Below, piece by piece: positions 1 through 8,556 of a stretch of 52,942 nt of DNA. The notes beneath the pieces were generated by a model, which was given only the letters and a program-made list of their open reading frames with translations, made no database searches and was not told the DNA's origin. Origin of the DNA: a virus (Duplodnaviria > Caudoviricetes). The stretch lies in IMG/VR virus record IMGVR_UViG_3300048080_000352, positions 1-52,942 of that record, one strand, 5' to 3'. How positions within the stretch are numbered: position 1 is the first letter of the stretch; each line of letters begins with the position of its first letter. Position numbers and translations under genes: made by a program.

Positions 1-35
1 GGGACGGCTCGTCGGGCGCCCCGACGAGAACTGAG

Positions 36-374
36 ATGGGGCGTGCCGAACGCCTCAATAGGGAGCGACGCATCATGCTGTTGAGCGAGAGTCCGAAAGA
101 CGCCCGAGGCCGCGCGCTGCAGGAGGGTGACGAGATCATCCTCGCGATTCGCGGGCCGATCTATTTCCGCGTCGCGCAGATCACCCCGATCCTCGATCTG
201 AAGGCACCACCTGGCCTCCAGCACCTACATCTTGGCTGCATGCTGACCTTCACGGTGAAGGCTGGCACGGTGCATCCCGAGTTCGTACGCGTGCAGACCG
301 CGGCGGAGGCAGGGCCGAGCGCCTTTCGGCTGCTCGATGCGCAGCCTGCCGGCGGTGAGGGAGGGGCGCCATGA
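36..374 (+). CDS. Hypothetical protein
   Basis: 112 aa ORF, ATGA-coupled to the next ORF. Confidence 0.6.
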   Translation: MGRAERLNRERRIMLLSESPKDARGRALQEGDEIILAIRGPIYFRVAQITPILDLKAPPGLQHLHLGCMLTFTVKAGTVHPEFVRVQTAAEAGPSAFRLLDAQPAGGEGGAP

Positions 375-457
375 GGCCGGTACGTGGAACTTATCTAGGG
401 CTGTTCATCGCCATTGCGATCGGCTTGCTGCTTGGCTGGCTGGCGAGGGCAGTATGA
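371..457 (+). CDS. Small membrane peptide (28 aa)
   Basis: MRPVRGTYLGLFIAIAIGLLLGWLARAV; ATGA overlaps at both ends; below the ORF-track cutoff. Confidence 0.6.
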   Translation: MRPVRGTYLGLFIAIAIGLLLGWLARAV

Positions 458-1275
458 AGCTCGCGATCGTCACCGCCACGACGAATCCACGCCGCGCCGA
501 CGCCTGCATCAGCACGTGGGGTGACACACCGTTGGTGATCATCCTGAACGGCGTCCACGATGCCGTAGCGGCGGCCGAGTCGACCACGATCGCCGCGCAC
601 TGGATCGTCAACCCTGAGTACCTCGGCACGGTCCCGGCATTCCGCCTCGGTGTCGACTACGCGCTCGAACAGACCGACGCCGACGTCATCGCGTGCCTCC
701 ACGACGATCTGGAGATTCACGAGACGGAGTGGGCAGAGAAGGTGTTGCGGCACTTCGAGCGCTATCCGTCGTGCGGACTGCTCGGATTCGGCGGGGCGGT
801 CGGGCTGGGCGACGCGGATATCTATCAGAAGCCGTACGACCCGATGCAGCTCGCGCGGATCGGCTTCCGCAGCAACCTCGTCGACGCCGAGCAGCATGGG
901 ATGCGGAGCCTACTCGCTGAGCGGGTGGCGTGCCTGGATGGGTTCAGTCAGATCGGGCGGAGAACGTTCTGGCTCGGGGCGAATCCGCCGCTGCCCGATG
1001 ATGGCGCTCGGCGACCGTGGACGGTGCTCGAACAAGGTGGTGTGACCCACCACTTCTATGACGGTCTCTTAGGTTGTTTGGCGCGACGGTATGGATGGGG
1101 AGCATGGTACCTCCCGGTGCGTGGCCGTCATTTGGGAGGGCAGACTGCGGTCGGCGATCCCGGCTATCAGGCTTGGGCGAAGGAGCAGCACGTAGATGGC
1201 GATCACGGCTTTTGGGAGTACGCCCATCGTTGGGGGTATGACAACTTCCTCGACGTGCTTCCTCTCCGAGTCTGA
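454..1275 (+). CDS. Glycosyltransferase family 2-like (GT-A fold)
   Basis: MKLAIVTAT start, ADVIACLHDDLEI DxD-like motif, ACLDG, HHFYD. Confidence 0.8.
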   Translation: MKLAIVTATTNPRRADACISTWGDTPLVIILNGVHDAVAAAESTTIAAHWIVNPEYLGTVPAFRLGVDYALEQTDADVIACLHDDLEIHETEWAEKVLRHFERYPSCGLLGFGGAVGLGDADIYQKPYDPMQLARIGFRSNLVDAEQHGMRSLLAERVACLDGFSQIGRRTFWLGANPPLPDDGARRPWTVLEQGGVTHHFYDGLLGCLARRYGWGAWYLPVRGRHLGGQTAVGDPGYQAWAKEQHVDGDHGFWEYAHRWGYDNFLDVLPLRV

Positions 1276-1277
1276 GC

Positions 1278-2750
1278 TTGATGATGATGAAGTACACCCC
1301 GCTGACGACGAGCGATCTGCGGCTGCCGGCGCTGCCGCCTGCGCCAGTCGAGCAGCGGATCGCCGAGGGCGTACGGACGGCTGTCGCGGCGGCGGGTGCT
1401 GCGCTCCCGACCTCCGACGTCGATCTCTGGCCCGATCCCTGCCCACCGTTCACCTATCTCGCCGGCGCCGCTGGCAGCGGAAAAACCTTCGCGACGAAAG
1501 CCTGGGCCGAGCAGGAGCACGGCCTCGAGCTCTGCGCCACAACCGGGATTGCGGCGATCAACGTCGGCGGCACGACCATCAACGCGCTGCTCGGCTACTT
1601 CGACACCAAGAGTCTGCAGGAGAGCTTCATCAACGGCTTCCTCACCGCGCGCCTCGGGCGGCTGTGGAAGGCGGGCGTGCGACGGATCGTGCTCGACGAA
1701 GTCAGCATGCTCGACGGCGATCAGCTCACCTACCTGGTGAAGGGGATCGAGGAGGTGAACGGCCGCGGGTACGTGCTGGGGAAGCTGGACGAGGACGACG
1801 AGGCGGGCCCGCCGGCGATGGGGCTGACCTTGGTCGGCGACTTCGCCCAGCTCCCCCCGGTGAAGGCGCCCTTCGCATTCGAGTCCTCGGAGTGGGGGCG
1901 ATTCGCCGAGCCCGGGCACACGATCACGCTCACTGAGATCCGCCGGCAGGCCGATCCTGACTTCATCAGGGCCCTACGCGCGGCGCGTGTCGGCGACGGG
2001 CACCAGGCGCTCGCCTATTTCGCCGGTCGCCTCCACCGCGAGACTGACGATCAATTCCCTGGCCCGACGTTCCTCGCGAAGAACGAAGCGGTCGATCGCT
2101 ACAACTGGATCCGCCTCTCGAAGCTCTCGGGGCGCGACGTGATCTTTCCGAGCGATCGGTGGGGGAAGCAGCGCGCCGAGTGGGGCCACCCGGACAAGCC
2201 GCCGCACACCTGGGGGATCCCGGTACGGCTGTCGCTGAAGATCGGCGCGCTCGTCATGGTGCTGGCGAACCGGCGCCCGCTGGTGGGGTTCGGCCGCGGC
2301 TTCCTCTATGTGAATGGGGATCTCGGCGAGCTGGTCGATGCCGACGAGGGGAGCCACACCGCGCAGGTCCGATTGCAGCGCACCGGCGAGGTCGTCGATG
2401 TCGAGTACGTGCGGCGCGAGGTGCTCCTCCCGTGTGATAGTGCCCGGCGGAAGGAGCTGCGCGAGCAGCATAAGGAGGAGTTGATCTCGGAGAATGGGCG
2501 GTTCGAGATCGTCGGGTGGGTCAGCTATATGCCGCTCAGAGTCGCGTACGCGGCGACGGTGCACAAGTCGCAGGGGCTGAGCCTCGACCGGGTGCAGGTG
2601 AACATCGCCGACGCGTTCTTCAAGACGCCCGGGATGATCTACGTCGCACTCTCACGGGCGCGGACGGCGGAGGGACTACGGCTGGTCGGGACGGCGGCGG
2701 CGTTTGTCGAGCGGTGCAATGCGGATCCGAGGTTGAAGGAGTACCTATAG
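1278..2750 (+). CDS. Pif1/RecD-like SF1B DNA helicase
   Basis: GAAGSGKT, LDEVSM, GDFAQLPPV, RRQ, YAATVHKSQGLSLD, YVALSRAR. Confidence 0.93.
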   Translation: MMMMKYTPLTTSDLRLPALPPAPVEQRIAEGVRTAVAAAGAALPTSDVDLWPDPCPPFTYLAGAAGSGKTFATKAWAEQEHGLELCATTGIAAINVGGTTINALLGYFDTKSLQESFINGFLTARLGRLWKAGVRRIVLDEVSMLDGDQLTYLVKGIEEVNGRGYVLGKLDEDDEAGPPAMGLTLVGDFAQLPPVKAPFAFESSEWGRFAEPGHTITLTEIRRQADPDFIRALRAARVGDGHQALAYFAGRLHRETDDQFPGPTFLAKNEAVDRYNWIRLSKLSGRDVIFPSDRWGKQRAEWGHPDKPPHTWGIPVRLSLKIGALVMVLANRRPLVGFGRGFLYVNGDLGELVDADEGSHTAQVRLQRTGEVVDVEYVRREVLLPCDSARRKELREQHKEELISENGRFEIVGWVSYMPLRVAYAATVHKSQGLSLDRVQVNIADAFFKTPGMIYVALSRARTAEGLRLVGTAAAFVERCNADPRLKEYL

Positions 2751-2993
2751 ATGTGGAAGTGCTGCTCCGAGCTGGCCGGATCCGACTGGCGCCTGATCGT
2801 GACCGGCACGCCGGATGGCGGCGTGACGCTGACGACCGATCGCATCCAGGTCGTACTGCTCTGGGAGATCCGCGAGGAGCTGAAGAAGCTGAACGCGCTG
2901 CTGCACTGCCAGAATTTCACCGAGATCCCAGGCACGCTCAAAACGATCAGCCGGAAGATCCCGACGCGCCAGCCGAGGAAGAAGTCAGCATGA
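2751..2993 (+). CDS. Hypothetical phage protein
   Basis: 80 aa ORF abutting the helicase stop, ATGA-coupled to Xis. Confidence 0.65.
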   Translation: MWKCCSELAGSDWRLIVTGTPDGGVTLTTDRIQVVLLWEIREELKKLNALLHCQNFTEIPGTLKTISRKIPTRQPRKKSA

Positions 2994-3448
2994 CCGACGC
3001 CCACGTCTGGCCGCGCTGGATGACCCTGCCCACCTGCGCGCGGTACATCGATCGCACCGAGGCGGGGATCCGCGGCCTAATCCGGCGTGGAGAGATTCCC
3101 TTTGTGAAACAGGGGGCGACAGTATACTTCGACCGCCATCTCATCGACCGATGGGTAGCCGGCAAGGTGAAGAAGGGAAGCGCACATGGCGATCAGGGAC
3201 CGCGGCGGCGTGTGGTACTTCGTCAAGAAGATCAAGGGCAGCAAGCTCCCGTTCCGCCGCTCCACCGGGTTCCCGGTCGCGACGAAGCAGACCAAGGAGG
3301 CGGCGCTCCGGCGAGCGACGGAGATCGAGCTCGAGATTCGCGCCGGCCTGCACGGCTGGACGAAGGACGTCCCGACGGTGAAGGAGTACTGGACGAAAAC
3401 CTACCGGCCGACCTACACCCTCCGGAAGCGGGCCCCGCAGAGAGATGA
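2990..3448 (+). CDS. xis: Excisionase-like HTH DNA-binding protein (frame runs on into int)
   Basis: WMTLPTCARYIDRTEAGIRGLIRRGEIPFVKQGATVYFDRHLIDRW is an HTH_17/Xis pattern directly upstream of the integrase. Confidence 0.8.
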   Translation: MTDAHVWPRWMTLPTCARYIDRTEAGIRGLIRRGEIPFVKQGATVYFDRHLIDRWVAGKVKKGSAHGDQGPRRRVVLRQEDQGQQAPVPPLHRVPGRDEADQGGGAPASDGDRARDSRRPARLDEGRPDGEGVLDENLPADLHPPEAGPAER

Positions 3449-4313
3449 TCAGGTCATGGCGCACGCGCTGCCGGCCTTCGGCGATCGCCGACTCGACGAC
3501 GTGAAGAAGTCGGACTGTGAGGGGTACCTGAACATGCGCCGATCGTCGGTCAGCGCCAACCCACGGCGGAAGACGCCCGGGCAGATCGCCGAAGGCACCG
3601 TGCAACGCGAGCGATCCTTTCTCCACGCGCTGTTCCAGCAGGCGGTCGAAGACGAGGTGATCGATCGCAACCCGTGGCGCAAAGTCGAGCGCGCAGACTA
3701 CGCGGTGCGTGATCGCGTCCTGACCGAGGCGGAGCAGCCGGAGCTCTTGAAGCGGTTGTCGGCGCGGTTCCAGCGGTTCGTGCTGTTCCTGCTCGGCACC
3801 GGCGTGCGGCTGGACGAGTGTCGAGGGATCGACCCCGAGGCGGATCTGCACCTCGCCGAGCGCTGGGCGCGTGTGACGGGCAAGTTCGGGAAGATGCGCG
3901 AGGTGCCGATCCCGGCGGAGCTCGTCCCAGTGATCGCGCAGCAGCTCGCGGCCGACGGTAAGCTCTGGACGCAGAACCCGCAGCGGCTGCGCGAGGTGAT
4001 CGCCGAGGCGTGCGCCGCGCGGACGGATCGGCAGGGGGTGATCATCCGGACCGCGATCCCCCACCTCTCACCGCATGCGCTCCGCCACACCTATGGGCAC
4101 CGCTGGCTCACAGGTGGCGGTGACATTCACAAGCTCTCGAGGATCCTCGGGCACGCCAGCGTGGCGGTCACCGAGAAGCACTACGCGCACCTCCTGCGGG
4201 AGGATCTGCGCGTCGCGGCCGACCAGGTCGACCTGCGGCTCGGGCTGCCGATGGTGGAGAAGGTGGCGGGTGTGATCCTCGGCGGGATCCGATTAGTGGT
4301 CAATCGTGGCTAA
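3186..4313 (+). CDS. int: Tyrosine recombinase / phage integrase
   Basis: TGVRLDE (R), GKFGK (K), HALRH, LGHAS, HYAH catalytic residues. Confidence 0.96.
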   Translation: MAIRDRGGVWYFVKKIKGSKLPFRRSTGFPVATKQTKEAALRRATEIELEIRAGLHGWTKDVPTVKEYWTKTYRPTYTLRKRAPQRDDQVMAHALPAFGDRRLDDVKKSDCEGYLNMRRSSVSANPRRKTPGQIAEGTVQRERSFLHALFQQAVEDEVIDRNPWRKVERADYAVRDRVLTEAEQPELLKRLSARFQRFVLFLLGTGVRLDECRGIDPEADLHLAERWARVTGKFGKMREVPIPAELVPVIAQQLAADGKLWTQNPQRLREVIAEACAARTDRQGVIIRTAIPHLSPHALRHTYGHRWLTGGGDIHKLSRILGHASVAVTEKHYAHLLREDLRVAADQVDLRLGLPMVEKVAGVILGGIRLVVNRG

Positions 4314-4367
4314 CGGTGGTCAGTCGGAGACTAGCAGTCGGATGATTTACTCAGGAAACGTGCGAAA

Positions 4368-4418
4368 TGGTCGGGGCGGCTGGATTCGAACCAGCGACCC
4401 CCTGCGCCCAAGGCAGGT
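4368..4418 (-). other. attP core = 3' half of tRNA-Pro(UGG)
   Basis: Reverse complement ACCTGC-CTTGGGC-GCAGG-GGGTC-GCTGGTTCGAATCCAGC-CGCCCCG-ACCA gives an anticodon arm (UGG), T arm and CCA end; no D arm or 5' half; lies just after int. Confidence 0.9.
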
Positions 4419-4533
4419 CTAGAGGGTGCCCATCGCCACGCGCGTCGTGCTTTCCTGAGCACAAGTTACGGGAGTGAGTGGATCAGCGGGAGGCCCTGCG
4501 ATCCTTCGTGTGATCCCCTTTTCAGGAGGCGGT

Positions 4534-5358
4534 ATGTCATCCCTTGTCACCTTCCCCGGGCGGTTCGGCGATTTGATTTGGGCCCTGCCGACTGTGCGGG
4601 CGATCAGCGAGACCTTTGAAGAGCCGGTTGCGCTGCAGCTCAGCGTGGGCCTCGACTCGATCACGCCGCTGCTACAGCGGCAGCCCTACATCGACTCGAT
4701 CCTCGTCGACACGGGCTGGCTGACACAGGACACCGCGCCAATCACGCCGCGCACGCCACCAGTGACGGCTGAGGGGTACGATCGGGTGTTCCATCTCGGC
4801 TACGACGGCTGGCCGGGCGCGCCCCTCCCGATCGATATCTATCGACGTGCCGCGGCGCAGGAGGCGCTGCAGGCGATCGATCTCGACCGGCCGTGGATCG
4901 GCGCGCCCTATCACCTGCCGCCGATGGACGTAGCGGTCGGCTTCACCGATGAGCACTTCGAGCTGAAGTACGGCCTCTGCTGGCTGCTGCAAAACCGGTT
5001 CGGCCGCAGCCACAAGATCGCGAACCTCTCGACCTCGCCGCGCTGGCTGCAGGAGGGCAAACAGCTCGGCATGGATTGGCTGAGCGCCGCCGCGTGGCTC
5101 TCGACGACGCAGGTATTCCTCGGCTGCTGCTCGGCGCTGCATGTGCTCGCCTGCGCGGTCGGCTGCCCGGTGATCCTCATGGAGCCGGCAGAGGCACGCT
5201 GGGCGGACGTGTTCTACCCCTACGGAAAGGCGGGGCCGCAGGTCACGCTGGTGCTCGGCAACGACGGGCGGCCAACCTGGGACGCGCGGCATCTCGCCGA
5301 GGCGATCGAGCGGGTCCGTCGCGTACCGACGGCTGAGGCCCAGGTCTCCGCGCGATGA
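4534..5358 (+). CDS. Glycosyltransferase family 9-like (heptosyltransferase-like, GT-B)
   Basis: GRFGDLIWALPTVRAI and FLGCCSALHVLACAVGCPVI match GT9 N- and C-terminal motifs; AGGAGG RBS. Confidence 0.78.
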   Translation: MSSLVTFPGRFGDLIWALPTVRAISETFEEPVALQLSVGLDSITPLLQRQPYIDSILVDTGWLTQDTAPITPRTPPVTAEGYDRVFHLGYDGWPGAPLPIDIYRRAAAQEALQAIDLDRPWIGAPYHLPPMDVAVGFTDEHFELKYGLCWLLQNRFGRSHKIANLSTSPRWLQEGKQLGMDWLSAAAWLSTTQVFLGCCSALHVLACAVGCPVILMEPAEARWADVFYPYGKAGPQVTLVLGNDGRPTWDARHLAEAIERVRRVPTAEAQVSAR

Positions 5359-5651
5359 AACTCGTAAACTACGGCGTCGGCGAGATCAGCGACCGCCTCA
5401 CGATCCTGGCGCTGAAGACTGAACTCGCGCAGCTGTTCGAGGATCAGGACCGCGGCGTGCTCACGCTCAGCACGATCCATAAGGCGAAGGGCCGGGAGTG
5501 GCCGACGGTCGCGATCCTGCAGCCCGAGCTGATGCCGAGCGGCTGGGCGACCAAGGACTGGGAGCAGCAGCAGGAGACCAACCTGAAGTATGTCGCGATC
5601 ACGCGGGCGCGCGAGCGGCTGATCTGGCTGGACGGGAAGCTGGAGGAGTAG
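5355..5651 (+). CDS. Chimera: DUF6165-like N-terminus fused to a UvrD/Rep helicase C-terminal fragment
   Basis: First 21 aa mirror the start of 5789..6172; remainder has TLSTIHKAKGREW and YVAITRAR (SF1A motifs V/VI). Confidence 0.8.
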   Translation: MKLVNYGVGEISDRLTILALKTELAQLFEDQDRGVLTLSTIHKAKGREWPTVAILQPELMPSGWATKDWEQQQETNLKYVAITRARERLIWLDGKLEE

Positions 5652-5792
5652 ATGGACAAGGCACCGAAAGCCATCACCGTGTGCAATCTCGAAGTCGTCG
5701 TTATGCCGAACGGCGAAGTGATCTGCTCCGGCAAGACGCTCGGGTGGATCAAGACATTGGGGCCGTACCTGACTCCGAGGGCTGCTGTATGA
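5652..5792 (+). CDS. Small hypothetical protein (46 aa)
   Basis: MDKAPKAITVCNLEVVVMPNGEVICSGK...; GGAGG RBS; ATGA overlap with next gene. Confidence 0.6.
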   Translation: MDKAPKAITVCNLEVVVMPNGEVICSGKTLGWIKTLGPYLTPRAAV

Positions 5793-6172
5793 GGCTGATC
5801 AACTTCGGCGCCGGCGAAGTCTGCGATCGGTTGACGATCCTCGCGCTGAAGATCCTGCATGGGACTGTGCGGGGCCGAGACGTCGCGCACTGGCAGAAAG
5901 AGCAAGTCGTGCTGCTGACCAAGATCGCCGCGCGCAATGGGAGCTGGTTCGGGCACTACACCGAGCTGGCGGCGGTGAACGCGTCGATCTGGCAAGGGGA
6001 GGACGAGCTACGCAGCCATCGCGTTGGCAGCGGCGGCCAGCCCCCAACAGAGGTCTGGCCGACGCTCGTCCAACTGGGATTCCGCATACAGGAGCTGAAC
6101 GATCAACGCGCGGCGCTGATCGAGGCGATCAACAAGGAAGCCGGCGACCACTTGGGATCGGAGAAGTTATGA
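5789..6172 (+). CDS. DUF6165-like helical protein
   Basis: GEVCDRLTILALK, NASIWQGEDELR, LNDQRAALIEAIN, GSEK resemble DUF6165, a family often found beside GT9 genes. Confidence 0.65.
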   Translation: MRLINFGAGEVCDRLTILALKILHGTVRGRDVAHWQKEQVVLLTKIAARNGSWFGHYTELAAVNASIWQGEDELRSHRVGSGGQPPTEVWPTLVQLGFRIQELNDQRAALIEAINKEAGDHLGSEKL

Positions 6173-6366
6173 GGGAGGACATTCTCCTCATCGGATCAGA
6201 AGAGGTCATGCGTGGAGGCCACGCCATGCAGGACGCAGCGCGGCAAATGGCGAACGTGTCCAGCAACATCCAATTGGTACTCGAAGCCCACCAGCGATTC
6301 CTCGATGATTGGCTGCTGCGCTATGAGCAAGTACTGGAGACGGATCGCGCGGAGCGTGCGCGGTGA
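6169..6366 (+). CDS. Hypothetical protein
   Basis: 65 aa, translationally coupled on both sides. Confidence 0.6.
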   Translation: MREDILLIGSEEVMRGGHAMQDAARQMANVSSNIQLVLEAHQRFLDDWLLRYEQVLETDRAERAR

Positions 6367-6854
6367 ACGTCCTCCTCGTCACGACATGGGACACCGCATG
6401 CGGGATCGCGGAGGCGGACCTGCCGCGGATCGAGCGCGACATCGTCGTCGATCCGATCATGGGCTGTTGGCTCTGGGTAGGGCCAGTGCAGCCTCGCACC
6501 GGGTACGGCGTGTACTATTCGCTCGATTGCCGAATCTTCCGCGCGCACCGGCTGATCTACCAGCTCCTGAAGGGGCCGATCACAGCGCCGTCGCTTGACC
6601 ACGGCGACTGCCCGAAGCTCTGTGTCAATCCTGAGCATCTAGATCCTGTGACGGTACGAGAGAACACCCTACGGGGGAATGGACCATCGGCGATCAATGC
6701 CCGCAAGACGCACTGCCACCACGGCCATCCACTCTCAGGCGACAACCTGAAGACGAAGCAAGGTCCACACGGGCTGATGCGTATCTGTCGAATCTGCTGG
6801 CGTACGTACCATCGCGAGCGTGAGCGACGGCTGCGAAGGGAGCGTGCGGCATGA
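6363..6854 (+). CDS. HNH homing endonuclease with a captured glycosyltransferase N-terminus
   Basis: GCWLW, RAHRLIY, LDH..CVNPEHL..VT..EN..RG, KTHCxHGH, CRIC; first 17 aa mirror the downstream GT. Confidence 0.9.
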   Translation: MNVLLVTTWDTACGIAEADLPRIERDIVVDPIMGCWLWVGPVQPRTGYGVYYSLDCRIFRAHRLIYQLLKGPITAPSLDHGDCPKLCVNPEHLDPVTVRENTLRGNGPSAINARKTHCHHGHPLSGDNLKTKQGPHGLMRICRICWRTYHRERERRLRRERAA

Positions 6855-7813
6855 GCCTCAAAGTACTGTTGGTCACCACATGGAATGCTGCCTGCGGTAT
6901 TAGCGAGCATAGCGCGTACCTCAAGGAGGCGGTCGAGGCGGCTGACCCGGAGATCGATCTCATCCCCGATCCGACTGCGCTGGATCCGGCAGTGTTCGGC
7001 CACGCTGGCCTGCCGGCGATCTGTCACCTCAATTACCAGGCGGCGCTCCATAGCCGCTGGCAACCCGAGACGATCCGCCGCGTACAGCAGCTCGGCGTGA
7101 AGGTGATCGTGACCTGGCACGATAGCGGCGCCCCGAACTCTGATCTCTGCAAAGCGATCGTCGACGCCGCCGACGCCGCCGTCGTGCATGAGCCGTTCGA
7201 TGACCTCCCCCTGGAGGAGGTGCGGTACTGGCGGATGGGCGTGCCCGACTGGCCCGGCGGCTGGTATCACGACCACGGCCGCTCCTCGTGGTGTGGCGAT
7301 CGGCCGATCCTCGGCACGGTGGGCTTCCCCTTCCCGTGGAAGAACTACGACGAGCTGGCGCGGGTGACAGCGGCCTGCGGCTGGGCCCTGCTGCTGATCG
7401 CCCCGACGGCCACCGCCGCCGACGTCGCGCGCTGGGCGGCGATCAATCCGCACCTCTATGTCGAGACGAGCTTTCTCCCTCGCGACACAGTCATCAGCCA
7501 GCTCGCCGCCTGCGACGCAACGGCCTTCCTCTACACCTGCGCGAACACCGGGCAGTCTGGCGCAATCTGCCAAGGGATTGCAGCGCGCAAGCCCGTGATC
7601 GCGTTCAGCCCCTCGATCTGTCGGCAGTTCCGCTGCTATGAACATGAGCCGGCGATTCGCTGGTGCAGCAGTGAGGCGCAGGTCAGAGTCGCCTTACGGA
7701 CCCTGCCCATCCAGCGCTGCGATCCTGGCATTGTTGAGCTAGCCCATCGTGACAGCTGGGCGCAGCTCGGGCGGAAGTACGCGGCGCTGTACCACAACGT
7801 GGGAGGCGGCTGA
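6851..7813 (+). CDS. Glycosyltransferase family 4-like (GT-B)
   Basis: KVLLVTTW..CGISEHS, GTVGFPFPWKNYD, SGAICQGIAARKPVI, SWAQLGRKYAALY. Confidence 0.82.
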   Translation: MSLKVLLVTTWNAACGISEHSAYLKEAVEAADPEIDLIPDPTALDPAVFGHAGLPAICHLNYQAALHSRWQPETIRRVQQLGVKVIVTWHDSGAPNSDLCKAIVDAADAAVVHEPFDDLPLEEVRYWRMGVPDWPGGWYHDHGRSSWCGDRPILGTVGFPFPWKNYDELARVTAACGWALLLIAPTATAADVARWAAINPHLYVETSFLPRDTVISQLAACDATAFLYTCANTGQSGAICQGIAARKPVIAFSPSICRQFRCYEHEPAIRWCSSEAQVRVALRTLPIQRCDPGIVELAHRDSWAQLGRKYAALYHNVGGG

Positions 7814-7844
7814 TGGCGGAGTTAGTCCGACAGGTGAGGGGGCG

Positions 7845-8504
7845 ATGACGCTGCCACTGAGCTACCCCTTGTCAAAGACCTTAGATCCAGAATCCGATTA
7901 TGTTGAACTCGCAGAGGAGTTGAAGATCGTCGATCGGCACTTCCACTCAGCGCGCGAGCAACATCCGCATCGCCGATTCGAGTACGCGCTGGCGCTGCGG
8001 GCGCTCCGTACGCTCGGCCGTGAGCCCCGCCGCATCGTCTATGACGTCGGCGGGGCTGGCAGTCCGTTCCATTTCATGCTCAATCCGCTGCCAGCACGGA
8101 TTGAGATCATCGACCCCGACAAGCCGCCGCACTGGACACTGGAGCAGTATTGCCGAGCGGGCGCCGAACTCAGCGACGCCGTCTTCTGCCTCTCCGTCCT
8201 GGAGCACGTCGATGATCTCGATCGCTTCCTCTACCATTTGAGCTGCCTCGTCGCGCCTGGGGGGCTGTTGTTCCTGACGATGGACTGCTGCAACAGCCTG
8301 GGCCAGTACGGTACTCCGGAGGACACGTACCATTTCCATTGGATGCGGAAGCGCATCTTCAACGCGTACAGCTTGGGAGATCTAGTCGCCGCTCCACTGC
8401 TCCAGCGTGACTTCACGCACCTCGGTTCGATCGATCTGACGTGGCACGGGCCGCAGGTGTACGACTACAGCTTTTGTTCGCTCGCGCTGGTGAAGCGATC
8501 GTGA
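7845..8504 (+). CDS. Class I SAM-dependent methyltransferase
   Basis: YDVGGAGS, FCLSVLEHVDD, VAPGGLLFLTMD. Confidence 0.85.
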   Translation: MTLPLSYPLSKTLDPESDYVELAEELKIVDRHFHSAREQHPHRRFEYALALRALRTLGREPRRIVYDVGGAGSPFHFMLNPLPARIEIIDPDKPPHWTLEQYCRAGAELSDAVFCLSVLEHVDDLDRFLYHLSCLVAPGGLLFLTMDCCNSLGQYGTPEDTYHFHWMRKRIFNAYSLGDLVAAPLLQRDFTHLGSIDLTWHGPQVYDYSFCSLALVKRS

Positions 8505-8556
8505 TCGCGCGCGTCGCATGGTGGTCGTCGTCCGCGCGCGCGTATGACAGACTGTT

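Noticed and set aside
4368-4418. Functional tRNA-Pro gene
   Set aside because: Only the anticodon arm to CCA is present; the 5' acceptor strand and D arm are missing, so it is an attP core
5418-5651. Functional UvrD helicase
   Set aside because: Only motifs V-VI are present; no Walker A/B
6414-6907. Group I intron explanation for the HNH insert
   Set aside because: No P/Q/R/S core or non-coding flanks visible, and the downstream GT has its own complete start
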